Origin: the human T2T-CHM13v2.0 reference genome, Homo sapiens | Assembly: GCF_009914755.1 (NCBI RefSeq) | Contig: NC_060937.1 | Direction: 5' to 3' (one strand) | Length of the DNA stretch: 64,000 bases | In this document: positions 45,901 through 61,400 of the stretch, piece after piece | Layout of the letters: every line of letters begins with the position of its first letter | Position numbering within the stretch: the stretch's first letter is position 1 | Program-made: the position numbers and the translations under genes | Notes under the pieces: generated by a model | The model's database searches: none | Told to the model about the DNA's origin: nothing | What the model saw: the letters and a program-made list of their open reading frames with translations, nothing else

Positions 45901-48900
45901 ATTATATACTGTACATAAAATATCAAAGTACCCAAGGTATACATTTTATACTGTACAAAAAATATCAAAGTACCGAAAGCATGTATTATATACTGTACAT
46001 AAAATATGAAAGTACATGAAATATATATTTTATTCTGTACAAAAAATATCAAAATACACCAAATATATATTCTATAGTGTACATAAAATATCAGAGTACC
46101 CAAACTATACATTATATACTGTACATAAAATATGAAATTACATCAAATAAATATTATGTTATGTACAGAAAATATGAAAATACATCAAATATAGATTATA
46201 TACTGTACATAAAATATCAAAGCACCCCAAATATATATTATATACTCTACATGAAATATCAAATTTCACAAACTATATATTATATACTGCACATAAAATA
46301 TCATAGTACCCAAGGTATATATTCTATACTCTACAAAAAATATCAAAGAACCCAAAGCATATATTATATACTGTACATAAAATATGAAAGTACATCAAAT
46401 ATATATTTTATTCTGTACATAAAATATCAAAGTACACCAAATATATATTCTATACTGTACATAAAATATCAAAGTACCCAAACTATACATTATATAGTGT
46501 ACATAAAATATGAAATTACATCAAATATATATTATATTAGGTACAGAAAATATGAAAATACATCCAATATAGATTATATACTGTACATAAAATACCAAAG
46601 TACCACAAATGTATATTTTATACTGTACATGAAATATCAAAGTTCACAAGCTATATATCATATACTGTACATAAAATATCAAAGTACTCAAGGTATATAT
46701 TCTATACTGTACAAAAAATATCAAAGTACCCAAAGCATGTATTATATACTGTACATAAAATATGAAAGTACATCAAATATATTTTTATTCTGTACAAAAA
46801 ATATCAAAGTAACCAAAGCGTGTATTATATACTGTATATAAAATATGAAATTACATCAAATATATATTAGGTACATAAAATATGAAAGTACAACAAATAT
46901 AGATTATATACTGTACTTAAAATATCAAAGTACCCCAAATATATATTATATACTGTACATGAAATATCAAAGTTCACAAACTATATATTACTTACTGTAC
47001 ATAAAATATCAAAGTACCGAAGGTATATATTCTATACTGCACAAAACATATCAAAGTACCCAAAGCATGTATTATATACTGTACATAAAATATGAAAGCA
47101 CATCAAATATATATTTTATTCTGTACATAAAATATCAAAGTACACCAAATATATATTCTATAGTGTACATAAAATATCAAAGTACCCAAACTATACATTA
47201 TATACTGTACATAAAATATGAAATTACATCAAATATATATTATATTAGGTACATAAAATATGAAAGTACATCAAATATAGATTATACACTGTACATAAAA
47301 TACCAAAGAATCCCAAATATATATTATATACTGTACATGAAATATCAAAGTTCACAAACTATATATTATATACTGTACATAAAATATCAAAGTACCCAAG
47401 GTATATATTCTATACTATACAAAAAATATCAAAGTACCCAAAGCATGTATTATATACTGTTCAAAAAATATGAAAGTACATCAAATATATATGTTATTCT
47501 GTACATAAAATATCAAAGTACACAAAATATATATTCTATAGTGTACATAAAATATCAAATTACCCAAACTATACATTATATACTGTACATAAAGTATGAA
47601 ATTACATCAAATATATATTATATTAGGTACATAAAATATGAAAGTACATCAAATATAAATTAAATACTGTACATAAAATATCAAAGTACCTCAAATATAT
47701 ATTATATACTGTACATGAATTATCAAAGTTCACAAACTATATATTATATACTGTACATAAAATATGAAATTACATCAAATATATATTATATTAGGTACAT
47801 AAAATATGAAAGTACATCAAATATATATTTTATTCTGTACATAAAATATCAAAGTACACCAAATATATATTCTATAGTGTACATAAAATATCAAAGTACC
47901 CAAACTATACATTATATACTGTACATAAAATATGAAATTACATCAAATATATATTATCTTAGGTACATAAAATATGAAAGTACATCAAATATAGATGATA
48001 TACTGTACATAAAATACCAAAGTACCCCAAATACATATTATATACTGTACATGAAATATCAAAGTTCACAAACTATATATTATATACTGTATATAAAATA
48101 TCAAAGTACCGAAGGTATATATTCTATACTGTACAAAAAATATCAAAGTACCCAAAGCATGTATTATATACTGTACATAAAATATGAAAGTACATCAAAT
48201 ATATATTTAATTCTGTACATAAAATATCAAAGTACACCAAATATATATTCTATAGTGTACATAAAATATCAAAGTACCCAAACTATACATTATATACTGT
48301 ACATAAAATATGAAATTACATCAAATATATATTATCTTAGGTACATAAAATATGAAAGTACATCAAATATAGATTATATACTGTACATAAAATACCAAAG
48401 TACCCCAAATACATATTATATACTGTACATGAAATATCAAAGTTCACAAACTATATATTATATACTGTATATAAAATATGAAAGTACCGAAGGTATATAT
48501 TCTATACTGTACAAAAAATATCAAAGTACACAAAGCATGTATTATATACTGTACATAAAATATGAAAGTACATCAAATATATATTTTATTCTGTACATAA
48601 AATATCAAAGTACACCAAATATATATTCTATAGTGTACATAAAATATCAAAGTACCCAAACTATACATTATATACTGTACATAAAATATGAAATTACATC
48701 AAATATATATTATATTAGGTACATAAAATATGAAAGTACATCATATATAAATTATATACTGTACATAAAATACCAAAGTACCCCAAATATATATTATATA
48801 CTGCACATGAAATATCAAAGTTCACAAACTATATACAATATACTGTACATAAAATATCAAAGTACCCAAGGTATATATTCTATACTGTACAAAAAATATC

Positions 48901-51900
48901 AAAGTACGCAAAGCATGTATTATATACTGTACATAAAATATGAAAGTACATCAAATATATATTTTATTGTTTACGTAAAATATCAAAGTACACCAAATAT
49001 ATATTCTATAGTGTACATAAAATATCAAAATACCCAAACTATACATTATATACTGTACATAAAATATGAAATTACATCAAATATATATTATATTAGGTAC
49101 ATAAAATATGAAAGTACATCAAATATAAATTATATACTGTACATAAAATACCAAAGTACCCCAAATATATATTATATACTGTACATGAAATATCAAAGTT
49201 CACAAACTATATACTATATACTGTAAATAATATATCAAAGTACCCAAGGTATATATTCTATACTGTACAAAAAATATCAAAGTACCCAAAACACGTATTA
49301 TATACTGTTCATAAAATATGAAAGTACATCAAATATATATTTTATTCTGTACATAAAATATCAAAGTACACCAAATATATATTCTATAGTGTACATAAAA
49401 TATCAAAGTACCCAAACTATACATTATATACTGTACATAAAATATGAAATTACATAAAATATATATTATATTAGGTACATAAAATATGAAAATACATCAA
49501 ATATAGATTATACACTGCAGATAAAATACCAAAGAACCCCAAATATATATTATATACTGTACATGAAATATCAAAGTTCACAAACTATATATTATATACT
49601 GTACATAAAATATCAAAGTACTGAAGGTATATATTCTATACTGTACAAAAAATATCAAAGTACCCAAAGCATGTATTATATACTGTTAATAAAATATGAA
49701 AGTACATCAAATATATGTTTTATTCTGTACATAAAATATCAAAGTACACCAAATATATATTCTATAGTGTACATAAAATATCACATTACCCAAACTATAC
49801 ATTATATACTGTACATAAAATATGAAATTACATCAAATATATATTATATTAGGTACATAAAATAGGAAAGCACATCAAATATAGATTATATACTGTACAT
49901 AAAATACCAAAGTACCCCAAATACATATTATATACTGTACATGAAATATCAAAGTTCACAAACTATATATTATATACTGTACATAAAATATCAAAGTATC
50001 AAAAGTATATATTCTATCCTGTACAAAAAATATCAAAGTACCCAAAGCATGTATTATATAGTGTATATAGAATATGAAAGTACATCAAATATATATTTAA
50101 TTCTGTACATAAAATATCAAAGTACACCAAATATATATTCTATAGTGTACATAAAATATCAAAGTACCCAAACTATACATTATATACTGTACATAAAATA
50201 TGAAATTACATCAAATATATATTATATTAGGTACATAAAATATGAAAGTACATCAAATATAGATTATATACTGTACATAAAATACCAAAGAAACCCAAAT
50301 ATATATTATATACTGTACATGAAATATCAAAGTTCACAAACTATATATTATATACTGTACATAAAATATCAAAGTACCCAAGGTATATATTCTATACTGT
50401 ACCAAAAATATCAAAGTACCCAAAGCATGTATTATATACTGTTAATAAAATATGAAAGTACATCAAATATATATTTTATTCTGTACATAAAATAACAAAG
50501 TACACGAAATATATATTCTATAGTGTACATAAAATATCAAATTACCCAAACTATACATTATATACTGTACATAAAATATGAAATTACATCAAATATATAT
50601 TATATTAGGTACATAAAATATGAAAGTACATCAAATATAAATTATATACTGTACATAAAATATCAAAGTACCTCAAATATATATTATATACTGTAAATGA
50701 AATTATCAAAGTTCACAAACTATATATTATATACTCTACATAAAATATCAAAGTACCGAAGGTATATATTCTATACTGTACAAAAAATATCAAAGTACCC
50801 AAAACATGTATTATATACTGTACATAAAATATGAAAGTACATCAAATATATATTTTATTCTGTACATAAAATATCAAAGTACACAAAATATATATTCTAT
50901 ACTGTACATAAAATATCAAAGTACCCAAACTATATATTATATACTGTACATAAAACATGAAATTACATCCAATATATATTATATTAGGTACATAAAATAT
51001 GAAAGTACATCAAATATAAATTATATACTGTACATAAAATACCAAAGTACCCCAAATATATATTATATACTGTACATGAAATATCAAAGTTCACAAACTA
51101 TATATTATATACTGTACATAAAATATCAAAGAACCCAAGGTATATATTCTATACTGTACAAAAAATATCAAAGTACCCAAAGCATGTATTATATACTGTA
51201 CATAAAATATGAAAGTACATCAAATATATATTTTATTCTGTACATAAAATATCAAAGTACACTAAATATATATTCTATAGTGTACATAAAATATCAGAGT
51301 ACCCAAACTATACATTATATACTGTACATAAAATATGAAATTACATCAAATATATATTATATTAGGTACATAAAATATGAAAGTACATCAAATATAGATT
51401 ATATACTGTACATAAAATACCAAAGTTCCCAAATACATATTATATACTGTACATGAAATATCAAAGTTCACAAACTATACATTATATACTGTACATAAAA
51501 TATCAAAGTACCCAAGGTATATATTCTATACTGTACAAAAAATATCAAAGTACCCAAAGCAAGTATTATATAGTGTACATAAAATATGAAAGTACATCAA
51601 ATATATATTTTATTCTGTACATAAAATATCAAAGTACACCAAATATATATTCTATAGTGTACATAAAATATCAAAGTACCCAAACTATACATTATATACT
51701 GTACATAAAATATGAAATTACATCAAATATATATTATAATAGGTACATAAAATATGAAAGTACATCAAATATAAATTATATACTGTACATAAAATACCAA
51801 AGTACCCCAAATATATATTATAAACTGTACTTGCAATATCAAAGTTCACAAACTATATATCATATACTGTACATAAAATATCAAAGTACCGAAGGTATAT

Positions 51901-54900
51901 ATTCTATACTGTACAAAAAATATCAAAGTACCCAAAGCATGTATTCTATACTGTACATAAAATATGAAAGTACATCAAATATATATTTTATTCTGTACAT
52001 AAAATATCAAAGTACACCAAATATATTCTATAGTGTACATAAAATATCAAAGTACCCAAACTATACATTATATACTGTACATAAAATATGAAATTACATC
52101 AAATATATATTATATTAGGTACATAAAATATGAAAGTACATAAAATATAAATTATATACTGTACATAAAATACCAAAGTACCCCAAATATATATTATATA
52201 CTGTACATGAAATATCAAAGTTCACAAACTATATATTATATACTGTACATAAAATATCAAAGTACCCAAGGTATATATTCTATACTCTACAAAAAATATC
52301 AAAGTACCCAAAGCATGTATTGTATACGTTACATAAAATATGAAAGTACATCAAATATATATTTAATTCTGTACATAAAATATCAAAGTACACCAAATAT
52401 ATATTCTATAGTGTACATAAAATATCAAAGTAGCCAAACTATACATTATATACTGTACATAAAATATGAAATTATATCAAATATATATTATATTATGTAC
52501 ATAAAACATGAAAGTACATCAAATATATATTATATACTGTACATAAAATACCAAAGTACCCCAAATACATATTATATACCGTACATGAAATATCAAAGTT
52601 CACAAACTATATATTATATACTGTACATAAAATATCAAAGTACCGAAGGTATATATTCTATACTGTACAAAAAATATCAAAGTACCCAAAGCATGTATTA
52701 TATACTGTACATAAAATATGAAAGTACATCAAATATATATTTTATTCTGTACATAAAATATCAAAGTACACCAAATATATATTCTATAGTGTACATAAAA
52801 TATCAAACTACCCAAACTATACATTATATACTGTACATAAAACATGAAATTACATCCAATATATATTATATTAGGTACATAAAATATGAAAGTACATCAA
52901 ATATAAATTATATACTGTACATAAAATACCAAAGTACCCCGAATATATATTATATACTGTACATGAAATATCAAAGTTCACAAACTATATATTATATACT
53001 GTACATAAAATATCAAAGTACCCAAGGTATATATTCTATACTGTAGAAAAAATATCAAAGTACCCAAAGCATGTATTATATACTGTACATAAAATATGAA
53101 AGTACATCAAATATATATTTTGTTCTGTACATAAAATATCAAAGTACACCAAATATATATTCTATAGTGTACATTAAATATCAAAGTACCCAAAATATAC
53201 ATTATATACTGTACATAAAATATGAAATTACATCAAATATATATTATATTAGGTACATAAAATATGAAAGTACATGAAATATATATTATATACTGTACAT
53301 AAAATACCAAAGTACTCCAAATACATATTATATACTGTACATGCAATATCAAAGTTCACAAACTATATATTATATACTGTACATAAAAAATCAAAGTACC
53401 AAAGGTATATATTCTATACTGTACAACAAATATCAAAGTACCCAAAGCATGTATTATATACTGTACATAAAATATGAAAGTACATCAAATATATATTTTA
53501 TGCTGTACATAATATATCAAAGTACACCAAATATATATTCTATAGTGTACATAAAATAGCAAAGTACCCAAACTATACATTATATACTGTACATAAAACA
53601 TGAAATTACATCAAATATATATTATATTAGGTACATAAAATATGAAAGTACATCAAATATAAATTATATACTGTACATAAAATACCAAAGAACCCCAAAT
53701 ATATATTATATACTGTACATGAAATATCAAAGTTCACAAACTATATATTATATACTGTACATAAAATATCAAAGTACCCAAGGTATATATTCTATACTGT
53801 ACAAAAAATATCAAAGTACCCAAAGCAAGTATTATATACGGTACATAAAATATGAAAGTACATCAAATATATATTTTATTCTGTACATAAAATATCAAAG
53901 TACACCAAATATATATTCTATAGTGTACATAAAATATCAAAGTACCCAAACTATACATTATATACTGTACATAAAATATGAAATTACATCAATTATATAT
54001 TATATTAGGTACATAAAATATGAAAGTACATCAAATATAAATTATATACTGTACATAAAATACCAAAGAACCCCCAATATATATTATATACTGTACATAC
54101 AATATCAAAGTTCACAAACTATATATCATATACTGTACATAAAATATCAAAGTACCGAAAGTATATATTCTATACTGTACAAAAAATATCAAAGTACCCA
54201 AAGCATGTATTATATACTGTACATAAAATATGAAAGTACATCAAATATATATTTTATTCTGTACATAAAATATCAAAGTACACCAAATATATATTCTATA
54301 GTGTACATAAAATATCAAAGTACCCAAACAATACATTATATACTGTACATAAAATATGAAATTACATCAAATATATATTATATTAGGTACATAAAATATG
54401 ATATTACATCAAATATATATTATATACTGTACATAAAATACCAAATTACCCCAAATACATATTATATACTGTACATGAAATATCAAAGTTCACAAACTAT
54501 ATATTATATACTGTACATAAAATACCAAAGTACCCCAAATAAATATTTTATACTGTACATGCAATATCAAAGTTCACAAACTATATATTATATACTGTAC
54601 ATAAAATATCAAAGTACCGAAGGTATATATTCTATACTGTACAAAAAATATCAAAGTACCCAAACTATACATTATATACCGTACATAAAATATGAAATTA
54701 CATCAAATATATATTATATTAGGTACATAAAATATGAAAGTACATCAAATATATATTATATACTGTACAAAAAATACCAAAGTACCCCAAATACATATTA
54801 TATACTGTACATGAAATATCAAAGTTCACAAACTATATATTATATACTGTATATAAAATATCAAAGTACCCAAGGTATATATTCTATACTGTACAAAAAA

Positions 54901-55450
54901 TATCAAAGTACCCAAAGCATGTATTATATAGTGTATATAAAATATGAAAGTACATCAAATATATATTTAATTCTGTACATAAAATATCAAAGTACACCAA
55001 ATATATATTCTATACTGTACCTAAAATATCAAAGTACACAAACTATACATTATATACTGTACATAAAATATGAAATTACATCAAATATATATTATATTAG
55101 GTACATAAAATATGAAAGTACATCAAATATATATTATATACTGTACATAAAATACCAAATTAACCCAAATACATATTATATACTGTACATGAAATATCAA
55201 AGTTCACAAACTATATATTATATACTGTACATAAAATATCAAAGTACCCAAGGTATCTATTCTATACTGTACAAAAAATATCAAAGTACCCAAAGCATGT
55301 ATTATATACTGTACATAAAATATGAAAGTACATCAAATATATATTTTATTCTGTACATAAAATATCAAAGTACACCAAATATATATTCTATAGTGTACAT
55401 AAAATATCAAAGTACCCAAACTATACATTATATACTGTACATAAAATATG
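43000..55450 (+). repeat. More diverged HSat1A layer with many private substitutions and several rearranged HORs
   Basis: Dense singleton variants, e.g. 43440-43980 and 49200-50760. Few long exact duplications are visible; one ~400-bp copy at offset 3391 (about 43030-43430 vs 46420-46810). Confidence 0.65.
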
Positions 55451-58400
55451 AAATTACATCAAATATATATTAGGTACATAAAATATGAAAGTACATCAAA
55501 TATAGATTATATCCTGTACATAAAATATCAAAGGACCCAAATATATATTATATACTCTACATGAAATATCAAAGTTCACAAACTATATATTATATACTAT
55601 ACATAAAATATCAAAGTACCCAAGGTATATATTCTATACTGTACAAAAAATATCAAAGTACCCAAAGCATGTATTATATACTGTACATAAAATATGAAAG
55701 TACATCAAATATATATTTTATTCTGTACATAAAATATCAAAGTACACCAGATATATATTCTATAGTGTACATAAAATAACAAAGTACACAAACTATAAAT
55801 TATATACTGTACGTAAAATATGAAATTACATCAAATATATATTAGGTACATAAAATATGAAAGTACATCAAATATAGATTATATACTGTACATAAAATAT
55901 CAAAGTACCCCAAATGTATATTATATACTGTACATGAAATATCAAAGTTCACAAACTATATATTATATACTGTACATAAAATATCAAAGTACCCATGGTA
56001 TATATTCTATACTGTACAAAAAATATCAAAGTATCCAAAGCATGTATTATATACTGTATATAAAATATGAAAGTACATTAAATATATATTTTATTCTGTA
56101 CATAAAATATCAAAGTACTCCAGATATATATTCTATAGTGTACATAAAATAACAAAGTACCCAAACTATACATTATATACTGTACATAAAATATGAAATT
56201 ACATCAAATATATATTAGGTACATAATATATGAAAGTACATCAAATATAGATTATATACTGTACATATAATATCAATGTACCCCAAATATATATTTTATA
56301 CTCTACATGAAATATCAAAGTTCACAAACCATACATTATATACTGTACATAAAATATCAAAGTACCCAAGGTATATATTCTATACTGTACAAAAAATATC
56401 AAAGTACCCAAAGCACGTATTATATACTGTACATAAAATATGAAAGTACATCAAATATATATTTTATTCTGTACATAAAATATCAAAGTACACCAGATAT
56501 ATATTCTATAGTGTACATAAAATAACAAAGTACACAAACTGTAAATTATATACTGTACATAAAATATGAAATTACATCAAATATATATTAGGTACATAAA
56601 ATATGAAAGTACATCAAATATAGATTATATACTGTACATTAAATACCAAAGTACCCCAAATATATATTTTATACTGTACATGAAATATCAAAGTTCACAA
56701 ACTATATATTATATACTGTACATAAAATATCAAAGTACCCAAGGTATATATTCTATACTGTACAAAAAATATCAAAGTACCCAAAGCATATATTATATAC
56801 TGTACATAAAATATGAAAGTACATCAAATATATATTTTATTCTGTACATGAAATATCAAAGAACACCAGATATATATTCTATAGTGTACATAAAATATCA
56901 AAGTACACAAACTATACATTATATACTGTACATAAAATATGAAATTACATCAAATATATATTAGGTACATAAAATATGAAAGTACAACAAATATAGATTA
57001 TATACTGTACATAAAATATCAAATTACCCCAAATATATATTATATACTCTACATGAAATATCAAAGTTCACAAACTATATATTATATACTGTACATAAAA
57101 TAAAGTACACAAGGTATATATTCTATACTGTACAAAAAATATCAAAGTACCCAAAGCATATATTATATACTGTACCTAAAATATGAAAGTACATCAAATA
57201 TATATTTTATTCTGTACATAAAATATCAAAGTACACCAGATATATATTCTATAGTGTACATAAAATATCAAAGTACCCAAACTATACATTATATACTGTA
57301 CATAAAATATGAAATTACATCAAATATATTTTATATTAGGTACATAAAATATGAAAGTACATCAAATATAGATTATATACTGTACATTAAATACCAAAGT
57401 ACCCCAAATATATATTTTATACTGTACATGAAATATCAAAGTTCACAATCTATATATTATATACTGTACATATAATATCAAAGTACCCAAGGTATATATT
57501 CTGTACTGTACAAAAAATAACAAAGTACCAAAAGCATGTATAATATACTGTACATAAAATATGAAAGTACATCAAATATATATTTTATTCTGTACATAAA
57601 ATATCAAAGTACACCAGATATATATTCTATAGTGTACATAAAATATCAAAGTACCCAAACTATACATTATATACTGTAAATAAAATATGAAATTACATCA
57701 AATATATTTTATATTAGGTACCTAAAATATGAAAGTACATCAAATATAGATTATATACTGTACATTAAATACCAAAGTAGCCCAAATATATATTTTATAC
57801 TGTACATGAAATATCAAAGTTCACAAACTATATATTATATACTGTACATAAATTATCAAAGTACCCAAGGTATATATTCTATACTGTACAAAAAATATCA
57901 AAGTACCCAAAGCATGTATTATATACTGTACATAAAATATGAAAGTACATCAAATATATATTTTATTCTGTACATAATATATCAAAGTACACCAGATATA
58001 TATTTTATAGTGTACATAAAATAACAAAGTACCCAAACTATACATTATACACTGTACATAAAATATGAGATTACATCAAATATATATTATATTAGGTACA
58101 TAAAATATGAAAGTACATCTGATATAGATTATATACTGTACATAAAATATCAAAGTATCCCAAATATATATTATATACTCTACATGAAATATCAAAGTTC
58201 ACAAACTATATATTATATACTGTACATAAAATATCAAAGTACCCAAGGTATATATTCTATACTGTACAAAAAATATCAAAGTACCCAAAGCATGTATTAT
58301 ATACTGTATATAAAATATGAAAATACATTAACTATATATTTTATACTGTACATGAAATATCAAAATACACCAGATATATATTCTATAGTGTACATAAAAT

Positions 58401-61400
58401 AACAAAGTACACAAACTATAAATTATATACTGTACGTAAAATATGAAATTACATCAAATATATATTAGGTACGTAAAATATGAAAATACATCAAATATAG
58501 ATTATATACTGTACATATAATATCAATGTACCCCAAATATATATTTTATACTCTACATGAAATATCAAAGTTCACAAACCATACATTATATACTGTACAT
58601 AAAAAATTAAAGTACACAAGGTATATATTCTATAGTGTACAAAAAATATCAAAGTACCCAAAACATGTATTATATACTGTACATAAAATATGAAAGTACA
58701 TCAAATATATATTTTATTCTGTACATAAAATATCAAAGTACACCAGATATATATTCTATAGTGTACATAAAATATCAAAGTACCCAAACTATACATTATA
58801 TACTGTACATAAAATATGAAATTACATCAAATATGTATTAGGTCCATGAAATATGAAAGTACATCAAATATAGATTATATACTGTACATAAAATATGAAA
58901 GTACCCCAAATATATATTATATACTGTACATGAAATATCAAAGTTCAGAAACTATATATTATATACTGTACATAAAATATCAAAGTACCCAAGGTATATA
59001 TTCTATACTGTACAAAAAATATCAAAGTACCCAAAGCATGTATTATATACTGTACATAAAATATGAAAGTACATCAAATATATATTTTATTCTGTACATA
59101 AAATATCAAAGTACACCAGATATATATTCTATAGTGTACATAAAATAACAAAGTACACAAACCATAAATTATATACTGTACATAAAATATGACATTACAT
59201 CAAATATATATTAGGTACATAAAATATGAAAGTACATCAAATATAGATTATATACTGTACATAAAATATCAATGTACCCCAAATATATATTTTATACTCT
59301 ACATGAAATATCAAAGTTCACAAACTATATATTATATACTGTACATAAAATATCAAAGTACCCAAGGTATATATTCTATACTGTACAAAAGATATCAAAG
59401 TACCCAAAGCATGTATTATATACTGTACATAAAATATGAAAGTACATCAAATATATATTTTATTCTGTACATAAAATATCAAAGTACACCAGATATATAT
59501 TCCACAGTGTACATAAAATATCAAACTACCCAAACTATTTATTATATACTGTACATAAAATATGAAATTACATCAAATATATATTATATTAGGTACATAA
59601 AATATGAAAGTACATCAAATATAGCTTATATACTGTACATTAAATATCAAAGTACCCCAAATATATATTTTATACTGTACATGAAATATCAAAGTTCACA
59701 AACTATATGTTATATACTGTACATAAAATATCAAAGTACCCAAGGTATATATTCTATACTGCACAAAAAATATCTAAGTACCCAAAGCATGTATTATATA
59801 CTGTACCTAAAATATGAAAGTACATCAAATATATATTTTATTCTGTACATAAAATATCAAAGTACACCAGATATATATTCTATAGTGTACATATAATAAC
59901 AAAGTACACAAACTATAAATTATATACTGTACATAAAATATGAAATTACATCAAATATATATTAGGTACATAAAATATGAAAGTACATCAAATATAAATT
60001 ATATACTGTACATAAAATATCAATGTACCCCAAATATATATATTATACTCTACATGAAATATCAAAGTTCACAAACCATATATTATATACTGTACATAAA
60101 ATATCAAAGTACCAAACGTATATATTCTATACTGTACAAAAAATATCAAAGTACCCAAAGCATGTATTATATAGTGTACATAAAATATGAAACTACATCA
60201 AATATATATTTTATTCTGTACAAAAAATATCAAAGTACACCAGACATATTTTCTATAGTGTACATAAAATATCAAGGTACCCAAACCATGTATTATATAC
60301 TGTACATAAAATATGAAAGTACATCAAATATATATTTTATTCTGTACATAAAATATCAAAGTACACCAGATATATATTCTATAGTGTACATAAAATATCA
60401 AAGTACACAAACTATACATTATATACTCTACATAAAATATGAAATTACATCAAATATATATTATATTAGGTACATAAAATATGAAAGCACATCAAATATA
60501 GATTATATACTGTACATTAAATACCAAAGTACCCCAAATATATATTTTATACGGTACATCAAATATCAACGTTCACAAACTATATATTATATACTGTACA
60601 TGAAATATCAAAGTACCCAAGGTATATATTCTATACTGTACAAAAAATATCAAAGTACCCAAAGCATGTATTATATACTGTACATAAAATATGAGACTAC
60701 ATCAAATATATATTTTATTCTGTACATAAAATATCAAAGAACACCAGATATATATTCTATAGTGTACATAAAATATCAAAGTACACAAACTATACATTAT
60801 ATACTGTACATAAAATATGAAATTACATCAAATATATATTATATTAGGTACATAAAATATGAAAGTACATCAAATATAGATTATATACTGTACATAAAAT
60901 ATCAAAGTACCCCAAATATATATTATATTCTCTACATGAAATATCAAAGTTCACAAACTATATATTATATACTGTACATAAAATAAAGTACACAAAGTAT
61001 ATATTCTATACTGTACAAAAAATATCAAAGTACCCAAAGCATGTATTATATACTGTACATAAAATATGAAAGTACATCAAATATATATTTTATTCTGTAC
61101 ATAAAATATCAAAGTACACCAGATATATATTCTATAGTGTACATAAAATATGAAAGTACCCAAACTATACATTATATACTGTACATAAAATATGAAATTA
61201 CATCAAATATATATTATATTAGGTACATAAAATATGAAAGTACATCAAATATAGATTATATACTGTACATAAAATATCAAGGTACCCCAAATATATATTA
61301 TATACTCTACATGAAATATCAAAGTTCACAAACTATATATTATATACTGTACATAAAATATCAAAGTACCCAAGGTATATATTCCATACTGCACAAAAAA

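Noticed and set aside
1350-46112. Recurrent 70-74 aa hydrophobic minus-strand ORFs
   Set aside because: They appear only where a single substitution removes a reverse-strand stop. They are useful as duplication markers but are not genes.
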